Shown: positions 1 through 10,307, counted from the first letter of the stretch. The stretch is DNA of 64,000 nucleotides from Thermotogota bacterium (GCA_039679545.1 JBDKUT010000163.1:1-64000), one strand, 5' to 3'. Notes: generated by a model not told the origin, from the letters alone. Translations and numbers: made by a program.

Positions 1-187
1 ACGAGAGGCGCGTGCGCGTGCTGGGCTCGAAGAAAAGCGTCGCGAGCACGTTGCCCCGCAGCGCCGAGAGGGTCTTCCCCGCGGCGAGCGCCTTCTCGTG
101 CTTCGCTGCCACCTCGAGCACACGCTCGATCTCCGGCTTCGTGAACTGGTCCGCGCGAAGAACGTCCTTGCCCGATAGCGTGATCAT
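1..187 (-). CDS. pyrB: Aspartate carbamoyltransferase catalytic subunit, N-terminal part (runs off window edge)
   Basis: Hand translation from ATG at 187 gives MITLSGKDVLRADQFTKPEIERVL...ATLFFEPSTRTRLS. FFEPSTRT is the ATCase carbamoyl-phosphate-binding motif. Not in the ORF track. Confidence 0.85.
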   Translation of the reverse strand, partial: MITLSGKDVLRADQFTKPEIERVLEVAAKHEKALAAGKTLSALRGNVLATLFFEPSTRTRLS

Positions 188-219
188 TCCGTGCTCCCTT
201 TCCTCTCCTGAATCCTTCG

Positions 220-1575
220 TCATCGAAGCGCCGCCGGTTCGACGCGCCCCGCCGCCGTCGCCAGGAATTGTCCCCACCCCGGCTTCGCCAGGAGGTGCCC
301 GGCCTCGACGAGGACCCGACCGCGCTGCATGCACAGAACCGGTGCCCCGACGACCTCCCGTCCCTGGTACGCCGTGTACGTCGCGTGGGAGTGCTGGGCC
401 GCGTTGGAGATCCTCCGCTTCGCCTCGGGATCGAAGATGACGAGGTCGGCGTCGCTCCCTGGGAGGAGCACACCCTTCTTCGGGTAGAGGCCGAAGATCT
501 TGGCCGGGTTCTCGCACATCACCCGCACCAGGCGCTCCACCGAAAGCCGCCCCGTCTCCACGCCGCCGTCGTACACGAGCGGCAGCATCGTCTCGACCTG
601 CGGCGAACCGTACGGAGCCGCGAAGAAGTCGTCGTCGGAGCTCTTCGCCTTCGGCGCGTGGTCCGACGCGACCGTGTCGAGCGCTCCTGTGGCGAGCCCG
701 CGCCACAGCGCGTCACGGTCCTCCGCGTCGCGGAGCGGAGGACCGATCTTGAGAAGTGCTTTCTGCCGCAGGAGATCGTCGTTCGTTAGCGTCAGGTACT
801 GCGGACATGTCTCACCGTAGACGCGGAACCCCTTGGCGCGCGCGGCCTCAACCTCGTTGAGCGCGAGGCGTGCGCTCACGTGGGGGATGTAGATCGGACA
901 CTTTGCAACCTGCGCCATCGCGATCGCACGGTGGACGGCCTCCGCCTCCAGGATCGCGGGGCGGGTCTCGACAAAGGCGCGGATCGGGTCTGCCTTCTCG
1001 GCGTTCGCCCGATCCTCCAGGTAATCGGTGGCGAGGCCGTTCTCGGCGTGAACCATCCCCATTCCACCGGTCCGCCCGAGGATGTCCAGAGTCCTCATGA
1101 GTTGGTAGTCGTCGGTCATCCACCCGAGCTTGGCGTACGTCATGAACATCTTGTACGACGTCACGCCCTCGGCCATCGCCTGCGGGATCTCGCCGGACTG
1201 GTTCTTCGGATCGAACACCCCGCCGTGCAGACCGAAGTCGAGGATGGATCCGCCCTCGCCTTCGTCGCGGAACGCGTGCAGCGCGTCGAGGAGCCCCCGG
1301 CCCGGCTTTGCGTATGCGTAGTGAAGGAGCGTCGTCACGCCCCCGTACGCCGCCGTGACCGACAGGGCCCCGAGGTTGTCGAGGTACACCGGGTGGGTGT
1401 GGACGTCGAGGACGCCCGGGAGGACGTAGTGCCCCGACGCGTCAATCTCCCGATCGGCGCCTCGCGGAAGCCCGATCTCGACGCGCTCGATCTTCTCCCC
1501 GACGACGAGCACGTCAGCCTCTCGCACCGCCGACCCGCTCACGACCCGACCGTTGCGAACAATGATCCGTTCCAT
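220..1575 (-). CDS. Cyclic amidohydrolase (dihydropyrimidinase/hydantoinase/dihydroorotase superfamily)
   Basis: PGVLDVHTH, YKMFMTY (carbamylated Lys), VHAEN, PHVS, GETCPQYL and SDHAP metal-binding motifs. Start re-picked at MERIIVRNG behind an AGGA-type RBS. Confidence 0.85.
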   Translation of the reverse strand: MERIIVRNGRVVSGSAVREADVLVVGEKIERVEIGLPRGADREIDASGHYVLPGVLDVHTHPVYLDNLGALSVTAAYGGVTTLLHYAYAKPGRGLLDALHAFRDEGEGGSILDFGLHGGVFDPKNQSGEIPQAMAEGVTSYKMFMTYAKLGWMTDDYQLMRTLDILGRTGGMGMVHAENGLATDYLEDRANAEKADPIRAFVETRPAILEAEAVHRAIAMAQVAKCPIYIPHVSARLALNEVEAARAKGFRVYGETCPQYLTLTNDDLLRQKALLKIGPPLRDAEDRDALWRGLATGALDTVASDHAPKAKSSDDDFFAAPYGSPQVETMLPLVYDGGVETGRLSVERLVRVMCENPAKIFGLYPKKGVLLPGSDADLVIFDPEAKRRISNAAQHSHATYTAYQGREVVGAPVLCMQRGRVLVEAGHLLAKPGWGQFLATAAGRVEPAALR

Positions 1576-1698
1576 GTCCTTCCTCTCCTCGCGAGGCTCG
1601 ATTCTACACGCCTCCTCACGGCGTGCCCACAACCACGACGGGAACTGCTTTTGCGGCCGAATCTCCCGTCCGGTATCCTGTCCGCGGGGGTGCACGGG

Positions 1699-2184
1699 AT
1701 GAAGCGCGCGACGGTCTGCTTCCTCGTAGAAGAGAACCCACGACGGGTTCTTCTTGGCCTGAAGAAGCGCGGATTCGGAAAAGGGAAGTTCAATGGGTTC
1801 GGCGGCAAGATTGCGGGCGGGGAAGACGTCCGGGACGCCGCCGTTCGCGAGATTCGCGAGGAGTGCGGGCTCGAGGTAACCTCAGCCGACCTCATCTCCG
1901 CCGGACGGCTCGTGTTCTTCTTCCCGTTCCGGACGGAATTCGACCACGACGTGAGCGTCTTCCGCACCGGCCGATGGCGCGGCGTACTTTGCGAATCCGA
2001 CGAGATGCGCCCCGAGTGGTTCCCGATCGAGGAGATCCCGTACGAGCGGATGTGGCAGGACGATGCTCACTGGCTCCCGCTCGTGCTCAGCGGAGCCACC
2101 GTCGAGGCCGAGTTTACGTTCGCAGACGACAACGAAACGGTGGCTCGGTTCTCTCTTCGAACGATCCCGGGGGAAACGGCCTAG
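1699..2184 (+). CDS. NUDIX hydrolase, MTH1-like 8-oxo-dGTP diphosphatase
   Basis: LLGLKKRGFGKGKFNGFGGK...AAVREIREECGL Nudix box, plus ESDEMRPEWF and MWQDD, typical of the MTH1 subfamily. Confidence 0.88.
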   Translation: MKRATVCFLVEENPRRVLLGLKKRGFGKGKFNGFGGKIAGGEDVRDAAVREIREECGLEVTSADLISAGRLVFFFPFRTEFDHDVSVFRTGRWRGVLCESDEMRPEWFPIEEIPYERMWQDDAHWLPLVLSGATVEAEFTFADDNETVARFSLRTIPGETA

Positions 2185-4616
2185 CGAACCTCGACGCGAA
2201 ACGCGAAGCGACCTTCACGGAAGAGCCGTACGCAGGCGTCCACCGCGTCCGCGTCGTAGACGGTTCCGCGGCCCTTGACGATCTCTTCGATCGCAGGCTC
2301 GATGCCTAGAGCGGGGCGGTACGGGCGGTGAGACGCCATGGCTTCGACGACGTCGGCCACCGCGAGCACACGGGCTTCGAGGCGGATCGAGTGTCCCGTC
2401 AGCCCTCGGGGATACCCCGTCCCGTCCAGCCGTTCGTGGTGCTCGAGGACGATGTCGGGAACCGGCCACGGGAAGTCCACCGTCTTCAGAATGTCGTACC
2501 CCGCTTGCGGGTGTCCCTTCATTAATTCCATCTCCATCCGCGAAAGCGCGCTCGGCTTGCTCAGAATCTCGGCCGGGATCGCCAGCTTCCCGACGTCGTG
2601 CAGGAGCCCCGCGGCGCGGATCCCGTCGACAACGTTCTCCTCAAGCCCCAACTCCCCCGCAATCGCCACCGCGAGGTCCGTGACGAGCCTTTGGTGGCCG
2701 GCGGTGTACGGGTCTCGCGACTCCGTTGCTTGCCCGATCGCTTCGATCACGCCGTCCAACGTGCGGCGCAGTCTCTTTTCGCTCTCCACGACGGGCGTGA
2801 CGTCCGTCTTCGACAGGAGCACGCGGTCAAGCGTCTCTTCGTGCCCGGGAGGGACACTCCAGCGAATCGCGGTGTAGAGCGTCTGCCCGTCCAGCGTGCG
2901 ATCTTGGTCCACCCTGTCGAACACGCGGTCGCCGCGCCAGATGGCGCACAAACGGTCTCGGAACCCGCTCTTGCCGGTCAGCGGGAAGTCCTGACCGACG
3001 CGGCGGAGGAAGTTCACCTTGTCGGTCGCGTGGTGCATGCGGACTGCGGCCTCGTTCGCGTCGATCACGCGTACCGCTCGGATGCACTCGTCCACCAGTT
3101 CCGGGTGTGCGTCAAGGTAGCCAGCAAAGTCGACCACGCCCTCACGACGAAGGTCGTCGAGTGTGCGTTTGATCCCGGAGAAGTCTTCGACGAACACGGA
3201 GGCAGGTGAGTCCTCGAACAGCGCCCGGTAGTCGGCCTCGCTCCGCTCGAGGGCGATCTCCATTGCACGCCGCCTCGCCGACTCGGCCGCGACGGCTATG
3301 AGCCCCGCCGTCTCGTTCACGAATCTCACTTCTTCGTCGAACCACACACGGGACGGGCCGACGTGCTCGACGGAGAACAAGCCGGTCACCTGTCCTCCCA
3401 CGCGGACGGCCACGTCGATCACCGCCCCGATTCCGAGCGGGATGAAGTGGCTATCGTTGAACTCCGCCGTGCGTGGGTCGCGGCGTGCATCGGAGGCGAC
3501 GATGGACCGCTCGACGCGCAGCGCCGCCGAGTACTTTGGGTGAACCAACAGGGAAGACTTGCGACCGCTCGAGTGCCTCCGAGGGGTGCGCTCGAAGAGC
3601 TCCACGCACCTGGATCCACCTTCTTCGCCTTCTGTAAGCCACACTTCCGCTCGCTCGACCTCGATCGTGTCCGCGACGGTCTCCGCGATCGTTCGCAGCG
3701 TGGCTTCGAGATCCCCCGAGGTGAGCGACGGGAGCATCGCCAGTTTGAGGAGCGCTGCGTCCACGGCGTGCTCCCTCTCTTGGTGCTGCCGCGCTCTCTC
3801 TTCGGCGAGCTTCCGCTCCGTGACGTCGCGCGCGACGTTGAGCGACGCGGGCCGTCCCTCCCAGTCGATCAGGACGGAGCGAAGACGGAGCCACTTCACG
3901 CTGCCGTCGGCGCAGACAATTCGGAACTCATCGAAGTCCGGAACTTGATACCCCTCCAATTGGCCGGCGTACGCGTCGAGCACGGGAGCCCGGTCGTCGG
4001 GGTGAAGCAACCCAGCAAACGGCCGAGTCTGAAGCTCGTGGGTCGAATACCCAGAAATGGTTGTCGCGGCGGCGTTCGCAAACGGAATGACCCCATTCTG
4101 AGCGACGAAGATCGCCTCCGTGGCGTGCTCGACGACGGCGCGGTACCGCGCCTCGCTCGCCCGCAGCTCTCCCGCCGTGCGCACGACCTCCTCCTCGAGG
4201 TGAGACCGGTATCGGAGGTTCTCCTCCTCGAGCCGGCGGCGATCGTCGGCCATCTCCTTGACGCGGGCGGCGCTCGCGACGATCGCCCGGATCTCGGCCC
4301 CGGTGATCGGCTTGGCGAGGTAGTCGAACGCCCCCTGCCGGACCGCTTCCGCTGCAGTGTCAACCGTGGGCTCCCCGGTGATGACAATGACCTGCGTATC
4401 GGGGCGGATCTCGTGGATCCTGCGGAGGAGCGCGATCCCGTCGATCCGCGGCAGGATAATGTCCGTGACCACGATGTCGGGTGCGACCTCCGAGAAGAGA
4501 GCCAGGGCTGCGGTCGCGTTCTCCGCCGTCGAGACGGAGTGCCCGTCCTCCTTCACGAATTCGGCGAGCGTCGTCCGGATGCTCTTCTCGTCGTCGACAA
4601 TGAGAACCCTCGCCAT
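2181..4616 (-). CDS. Response regulator with REC-PAS-GAF-PAS-HD-GYP domains (putative c-di-GMP phosphodiesterase)
   Basis: LIVDDE...DIVVTDI receiver domain, PAS and GAF segments, RDPYTAGHQ, LLHDVGK and HHERLDGTGYP. Confidence 0.9.
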   Translation of the reverse strand: MARVLIVDDEKSIRTTLAEFVKEDGHSVSTAENATAALALFSEVAPDIVVTDIILPRIDGIALLRRIHEIRPDTQVIVITGEPTVDTAAEAVRQGAFDYLAKPITGAEIRAIVASAARVKEMADDRRRLEEENLRYRSHLEEEVVRTAGELRASEARYRAVVEHATEAIFVAQNGVIPFANAAATTISGYSTHELQTRPFAGLLHPDDRAPVLDAYAGQLEGYQVPDFDEFRIVCADGSVKWLRLRSVLIDWEGRPASLNVARDVTERKLAEERARQHQEREHAVDAALLKLAMLPSLTSGDLEATLRTIAETVADTIEVERAEVWLTEGEEGGSRCVELFERTPRRHSSGRKSSLLVHPKYSAALRVERSIVASDARRDPRTAEFNDSHFIPLGIGAVIDVAVRVGGQVTGLFSVEHVGPSRVWFDEEVRFVNETAGLIAVAAESARRRAMEIALERSEADYRALFEDSPASVFVEDFSGIKRTLDDLRREGVVDFAGYLDAHPELVDECIRAVRVIDANEAAVRMHHATDKVNFLRRVGQDFPLTGKSGFRDRLCAIWRGDRVFDRVDQDRTLDGQTLYTAIRWSVPPGHEETLDRVLLSKTDVTPVVESEKRLRRTLDGVIEAIGQATESRDPYTAGHQRLVTDLAVAIAGELGLEENVVDGIRAAGLLHDVGKLAIPAEILSKPSALSRMEMELMKGHPQAGYDILKTVDFPWPVPDIVLEHHERLDGTGYPRGLTGHSIRLEARVLAVADVVEAMASHRPYRPALGIEPAIEEIVKGRGTVYDADAVDACVRLFREGRFAFRVEVR

Positions 4617-7600
4617 CTAGCCGCCCTCTCCGCCGCCCACCGTATCCTCGTCGTACGCCGGCAGCTCAATCGTGAACCGCGTAAATACGTTCTCCTCGCT
4701 CTCGACGGACAGCGTTCCGCGGTGGTCGCGAACAATGCCGTAGCTGACCGCGAGCCCGAGCCCCGTTCCCTGATCGCGCGGCTTTGTGGTGAAGAACGGG
4801 TCGAAGATCCTGTCCTGGATTGCGCGGGGAATCCCGATTCCATGATCCTCAACCATCAACCGAACCCAACGTTGACTGTCGTGATCTGCGGTCTCAGCAC
4901 GGATCTCGATTCTCTTCCGGTCGTCGTGACCCGGGAACCGAGCGTTCAGGGCGTCGCGCGCGTTGGTCAGAAGGTTCAGGATCACCTGTCGGATCTGCTG
5001 ACTGCGACATCGGATCCGCGGAAGGTCGGTCGGAACGTCCACGACGATCTCAATCTGGTCCCTACGCAGGACGGCACCGATTAGCGGGAGAGTCGCGTTC
5101 ACGATGTCCGCGACGTCCGCCGGACTGTGGCTCTCCCTCTCCTGCCGTGCGAACGACAGAAGGCTGCGAACGGTCTTGGCGACACGGTTCCCTTCCTCGA
5201 CGATTCCTTCGGCGAACTCGCGCACGTTCGCCTCGTCAACTCGCGCGCGGATCAACTCAGCGTAGTTGATGATTCCCGTGAGCGGGTTGTTGATTTCGTG
5301 GGCGATCCCACTCGCCAACGTGCCGATCGACTCGAGCTTCTGCGACTGTCGAAGTTGGGCCTCGAGCCGAATCTTCGCCTGTTCCGCCTCCCAACGCGCC
5401 GTGATGTCCTCCACCGTGCCCTCGTAGCCGATGATCCGGCCTTCCGGGTCTCGTACCACAACGGCGTTCTCGCGGACACGGACAACCGAACCGTCCGCTC
5501 TTCTCCACGCCGCCTCGTTGCCCAAGACGAACCCGTCGCGCGCCAGGCGCTCCTTGAACGACGCGCGTGGGGAGCCGTCGCCGTAGCCTTCGACTTCCAG
5601 GTCGCGCTTCGCCAGTTCCTCGAACGAGCCGAAGCCGAGCATTCGGATAAGCGCGGGGTTCGCGACGAGGATCCGCCCGTCCGGAGTGGTCTGGTAGATG
5701 CCGAGGACGGCGTTCTCGAACAGCGATCGATAGCGCGTCTCGCTTCGGCGAAGCGCTTCTTCCGCCGCCCTCCGGGCGGTGATGTCCTCGACGGTCCCCT
5801 CGTAGTAGAGAACCTTCCCTTCTTCGTTGCGGACTGCGATGGCGTTCTCACGAACGTTGACCATCGTGCCGTCCTTCCGCCTCCACCGCACCTCGAGGTC
5901 GAAGACGCGGCCGTCCCGCTCGACCCACGACCGAAACTCGGACCGCGGCAGGCTGGAGTGCGCTTCCTGCTCCAGGTTTCGCATCGCCAGCTCCTCAAAG
6001 GACCCGTAGCCGAGCATCGCCACGAGCGCCGGATTGGCGGCGACGATGCGTCCGTCCGGCGTCGTCTGGTAGATGCCGAGGACGGCGTTTTCGAACAGCG
6101 AACGATACCGTCCCTCGCTCTCCCGAAGCGCGGTCTCGGCGCGCTCCCGCGCGTCCGCCGTGTCGAGGTCGTGGAGGGCGAACGCGAGATCCCCGGCGAT
6201 CTCACGAAAGAGCGCCAGCTCCTCGTCGTCGCTCGCCCACGCCTTCGGGATGCCTACAACGAGAACGCCGTGGATGTGAGTCTCGTGGCGCAGAGGTACG
6301 GCGACCGCCGCCGTGTCCGCGTGTCGACCCCCGACAGGACAGCCGGCACACTCTTCCTCGGGATCCGAAAACACGACGAGCCCTCCGGCCTCGAGCGCAC
6401 GGCGACAGCACGCCGGAAGCTCTCCCTCCACGAGCGGACGGCGCAGCGCCTCGAACGATTCTCCCAGTCCCGCCTCGCCCGAGCGCAGGGGTCTGCCGGC
6501 GGAATCCAGCTCAACAGCCCACGCGTGTCGGACTCCCTCCGTGGCGACGAGCGCGCGGCATCCCTCTTCGAGCAGCCGGCCGCGATCCTTCTCCCGCACG
6601 ATCAGCTGATTGACGTCCCGGATCGCTCGCAGGATCGCGTTAACGTGGGCCAGCCGTTCGGACTGAGCGCGGAGTCCCGTGATGTCCTCCCCCGAACTCA
6701 GGGTGCCGGTGATGCCGCCCTCCGGATCGCGGAGGATCGTGTTGTGCCACAGGATCCTTCGCCGCTCCCCGTCGGGACGAACGACGAAGTTCTCCACATG
6801 TTCGAAGTCGGCAAGATCGCCGGCGACGATCCGGCCGAACACGCCGCGGACGTCGTCGCTCACCTCTGCCGGAAGGCACGTCGAGAACCAGTCGCGTCCG
6901 ACGAGGTCCGCCGGCGACTCGTATCCAAGCACCTCGAGCGCGCGCCGGTTGACCAGCGTGACGCGCCCTTCCGTGTCGAGCGCGACGATCACCGCCCCGA
7001 CGATGTCGAGATAGAGCTGGGCCCGCCCCTTCTCCTGCCGGAGCGCTTGCTCTGTTCGCTTAAGGTCGGTGATCTGCGAGACCACGGCGAAGCTGCCTAC
7101 AAACCTTCCCGCCGCGTCGTGGAGGGCGCGCGGCGCCAAGAGGACGTAGACCGGGGATCCGTCACGATGCTTCAGAGTGACCTCGTAGCTGTCCGTCTGC
7201 CCCGCCCGTCGGAATTCCATCTGGCGTCTGTACTCGTCGCGGAAGTCCTCGTGGAAGAACTCGTCGACCCTCCGTCCGAGAACATCGTGCTTCTGGAACC
7301 CCGTCATCTCGCACAGGCGATCGTTGACGTAGGTGAGTCGACCGTCGGCGTCCTGGAACGCAAGCCCCTCCCCCATCATCTCGACGACGTCTTCGTACCG
7401 CTGCTGCGTCTCCTTCATCCGCCGGACGAGAGGGCGCGAGAGGCACGTGAAGGCCCACGCCCCAAGGAGGATCGCGCCGAACGCCAGCGCGGCGGCCATC
7501 AGCGCGGCCCTGCGAAACGGCGCTTGAACTTCGGCAAGGTCGATCTTTGCGACGATCCCCAGGTTCAGAACATCGACGGGCTCATACGCGGCGAGCACTT

Positions 7601-8066
7601 CATGCCCGCGGTAGTCGAGTCCGATCACCGTTCCCGATTCTCCGCGCAGCGCCCGACGCATCGGCTCTGCGAGCCTCGAGTTCCAGGCGATCTCCGTGGA
7701 GCTCCCCATAGCCGTAGCAGACGCATGGGTCAATAGCAGGCGAATCGTCTCGCCGTCGCGGGACGCAAGGGCGAACTCCCCCGTACGGCCAACGCTCTGG
7801 TATTGGGCGTGGGCGGCGGCGACTTCGTCAATGGTGACGGCTCGCGCCCGCTCAAGATCGCTTCCCGCCTCCCTCTCGTGGCGTGCGATCGACTCGATGA
7901 GTCGGGCCTGGCTCCGCGCCATCTCGGTCAGCCGAGCCCTCTCTTCGATGACCGCGGTCCGATAGAGCGCTTCGATCGTTGAGTAGGTGACCGCGAGCGT
8001 GATCAACGCGAGAAGCACAACAAGGAGGGCCGTGTGCCGACGTTCGAGCGCCGCCCTGACCTTCAC
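4617..8066 (-). CDS. Membrane multi-PAS/GAF sensor histidine kinase
   Basis: Two TM segments around a Cache-like domain, four PAS domains and a GAF domain. H-box GIAHEINNPL, N-box NLLTNARDA, DPFFTTK and GTGLGL. Abuts the response regulator. Start approximate (GTG at 8066). Confidence 0.88.
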   Translation of the reverse strand: MKVRAALERRHTALLVVLLALITLAVTYSTIEALYRTAVIEERARLTEMARSQARLIESIARHEREAGSDLERARAVTIDEVAAAHAQYQSVGRTGEFALASRDGETIRLLLTHASATAMGSSTEIAWNSRLAEPMRRALRGESGTVIGLDYRGHEVLAAYEPVDVLNLGIVAKIDLAEVQAPFRRAALMAAALAFGAILLGAWAFTCLSRPLVRRMKETQQRYEDVVEMMGEGLAFQDADGRLTYVNDRLCEMTGFQKHDVLGRRVDEFFHEDFRDEYRRQMEFRRAGQTDSYEVTLKHRDGSPVYVLLAPRALHDAAGRFVGSFAVVSQITDLKRTEQALRQEKGRAQLYLDIVGAVIVALDTEGRVTLVNRRALEVLGYESPADLVGRDWFSTCLPAEVSDDVRGVFGRIVAGDLADFEHVENFVVRPDGERRRILWHNTILRDPEGGITGTLSSGEDITGLRAQSERLAHVNAILRAIRDVNQLIVREKDRGRLLEEGCRALVATEGVRHAWAVELDSAGRPLRSGEAGLGESFEALRRPLVEGELPACCRRALEAGGLVVFSDPEEECAGCPVGGRHADTAAVAVPLRHETHIHGVLVVGIPKAWASDDEELALFREIAGDLAFALHDLDTADARERAETALRESEGRYRSLFENAVLGIYQTTPDGRIVAANPALVAMLGYGSFEELAMRNLEQEAHSSLPRSEFRSWVERDGRVFDLEVRWRRKDGTMVNVRENAIAVRNEEGKVLYYEGTVEDITARRAAEEALRRSETRYRSLFENAVLGIYQTTPDGRILVANPALIRMLGFGSFEELAKRDLEVEGYGDGSPRASFKERLARDGFVLGNEAAWRRADGSVVRVRENAVVVRDPEGRIIGYEGTVEDITARWEAEQAKIRLEAQLRQSQKLESIGTLASGIAHEINNPLTGIINYAELIRARVDEANVREFAEGIVEEGNRVAKTVRSLLSFARQERESHSPADVADIVNATLPLIGAVLRRDQIEIVVDVPTDLPRIRCRSQQIRQVILNLLTNARDALNARFPGHDDRKRIEIRAETADHDSQRWVRLMVEDHGIGIPRAIQDRIFDPFFTTKPRDQGTGLGLAVSYGIVRDHRGTLSVESEENVFTRFTIELPAYDEDTVGGGEGG

Positions 8067-8286
8067 GCGATCGAGCCCCTTCCGCCCCCGCTCTCTCCTT
8101 CGCTCCGGTCTCGCCAGGCTACACGCGAAACGCCGGAACGTCAATCCTTCCGAGCGCACTGCAAATACGGGCTTGAGCTGCCCCCGCGGCCATGATGACG
8201 TCTCTCCCGAGCCCTAGGATAGAACGCCCGCGACCGAAGCGAGCGAGGCGGCCGATCAGGGTTCTCTTGACCGCGAAGCGTACGTT

Positions 8287-9376
8287 TGGAATCCGCTGGC
8301 CTTAGCTCTCTGTGTCGCCGCCCCGAGCGCAGGCACCCGGGCCGACGCGCCAGGCTGGATCACGTACGTCAACTCCACCGCCGGCCGGATCGCCGTGCGC
8401 GTGTCCGAGCCCGTGCAGCCGCGCTACCCGGACGGGGCCTCACCTTCGAGCTCGACCCGGACGCACTCGGCGCCGTCTGTGCCACCTACCTCCGGCCGGG
8501 GACGACCGACCCGAGGAGCGGTGCCACGAGCACGGGAATGTTTGACTACGGCGGTACGGCCCGTCTTGTCGCCCTGCGGGGCGTCCTTCGCTTCGCCGCG
8601 GGAGAAGCCGCCGATGTCAACGGCCGGAGGTTTCAGGAGTCGGTGTGCGTGCCTGTGGCGTACAACGTCGTCGGACTCTATGCCTTCTCCCACTCCGGCA
8701 TCGCCGCCACGAACGTCCTCGCCCTCTACATTGCCGATCTCGGTGCCGTTCGTTCCTTCATCGGCCGCAAGAACCCAACACGCTCTCCCTCTCGAACCCG
8801 GACACTGGGACAACGACGGCGCTCCCGTCGACAACCCGTTCTACAACCCCGCCGGGTACACGCCGACGTCGACCGCGATCGACTGCTCGACCGTCTACTG
8901 GTCGGAGGGGGACGCGCGCCCCGCGTTCCAGGTTGAAGGCGGCAACGACTACGTCTGGGTCGCCCAAGCATCCCGCGATCGAAGGGAAGGACGCCTGGTC
9001 CGCGGCCCCCCTGCAGGCGCTTCTCGACAACGGAGCGTCGACCCGAGAGACCTGGCCTGCCACCCTCGCGACTCCAGAGAAGGCGAGGGCGTGGGGGGAG
9101 GCTCGGACGCCCGTCTGGAACTACCCTTGCTCACCGACGGCGAGCGACCGCCGCTACCCGACAACTTTGGCTAACCAAAAGCTGGCGTCGTGGCTCGAGA
9201 TTCGCGCGTGGGGATACGACGCCAGGCGCTGGCCGCAGCTCAACACCCTCGTCCCTCTCGCCGCCGTTGCGGAGATGTGCGACCGAACGCGCTACGACGT
9301 CGGAGCGGATGACTTCTGTTCCTTCGTTCTAGTCGGCAGACTCTCCTACATCCCCGGGATTGGTATGCTCCAATCG
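8287..9376 (+). pseudogene. Frameshifted remnant of a secreted hypothetical protein, possibly alpha/beta-hydrolase-like
   Basis: Protein-like segments alternate between three + frames: signal-like LALALCVAAP..RYPDG, then FDYGG..GLYAFSHSGIAATNVLALY..GRKNPT, then LPLEPGHWD..DYVW, then ALLDNGA..WP..LATPE. No intact ORF spans them. Confidence 0.55.
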
Positions 9377-9384
9377 AGTTTAAC

Positions 9385-9407
9385 GGCGTTTATCGGCTTG
9401 ACTTAGG
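9385..9407 (+). repeat. Left terminal inverted repeat of the IS1595 element (TSD AGTTTAAC at 9377-9384)
   Basis: Direct sequence comparison with 11617-11639. Confidence 0.93.
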
Positions 9408-9426
9408 CCGCTGATCGTGCTATGCT
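9398..9426 (+). promoter_or_regulatory. Sigma70-type transposase promoter with -35 inside the left TIR
   Basis: TTGACT-17 bp-TATGCT with a TG extension. AAGGAGG RBS precedes ATG 9447. Confidence 0.7.
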
Positions 9427-9446
9427 CCTTCCTAAGGAGGTTAGAC

Positions 9447-10307
9447 ATGGATACGAGCGAGATCAAATCCTTGGAACAAGCGCGGCGCGAGTTCTCAACC
9501 CGTACCAAGTGCGAGAAGCACCTAGCTGCCTTGCGTTGGCCGCATGGTGTGACCTGCCCAAAGTGCGGCCACACCCACGTCTACTGGCTCAAGAATCAGC
9601 GCCTATGGGAGTGCGCCGCTTGTAAGCATCATTTCAGCGTTACAAGCGGAACGATCTTCCACCGCTCGAAGATCGACCTCCCGCGTTGGTTTGTAGCCAT
9701 TTGGGCCATGTGCCACAGTCCAAAGGGTATCTCGGCCAAGCAGCTAGAGCGCGAGTTGGGCGTCTGCTACGAGACGGCCTGGTACATGGCGAAGCGTATA
9801 CGGCGCGCCATGAAACACGACATCTTCGAGGACAAGCTGTGCGGGATCGTGGAAGCCGACACAGCCTCTGTGAAGTCCGATGGGGGACGGTCTACGGGCG
9901 CTGGATGTAGAGCCCCAAGTACCAACGTCCTCGGCATGGTGGCGCGAGAGTCGGGGGCGCTGCGAATGGAGGTTGTGCGGAGCCTAGAAAAGCACGAGAT
10001 TGAGCGCGTTTGCCTGTCGAACTTCGGTCTTGTCCGTCACCTCTACACCGACGCCGCGAAGTCGTTCAGCCTCATGGCGCTCCACACTCACCTATTCCAG
10101 GTCACCCACGAGCACGAATACGTTCGCGGTGACGTGCATACGAACTACGTGGAGAATGCATGGTCTCTCTTCAAGCGCGGTCTAGTAGGCCAGTTCCACC
10201 ACGTCAGCGCGAGGTTGTTGCAGTCCTACCTCGACGAGTTCGCGTTCCGGTACTCGCACCGCAGAGAGAAGGGGCGGATGATGGATCTGGTGCTAGCGGC
10301 GTGTTGA
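9447..10307 (+). CDS. IS1595-family DDE transposase
   Basis: Zn ribbon CPKC...CAAC, FSVTSGTIF, SAKQLERELGV HTH, VEAD, LYTD and HTNYVENAWSLFKR...YLDEFAFRY. Confidence 0.95.
   Translation: MDTSEIKSLEQARREFSTRTKCEKHLAALRWPHGVTCPKCGHTHVYWLKNQRLWECAACKHHFSVTSGTIFHRSKIDLPRWFVAIWAMCHSPKGISAKQLERELGVCYETAWYMAKRIRRAMKHDIFEDKLCGIVEADTASVKSDGGRSTGAGCRAPSTNVLGMVARESGALRMEVVRSLEKHEIERVCLSNFGLVRHLYTDAAKSFSLMALHTHLFQVTHEHEYVRGDVHTNYVENAWSLFKRGLVGQFHHVSARLLQSYLDEFAFRYSHRREKGRMMDLVLAAC

Noticed and set aside
3363..7736. Long + strand ORFs (573 aa and 869 aa)
   Set aside because: Antisense shadows of the kinase and response regulator genes. Expected in high-GC DNA, with no recognisable motifs.
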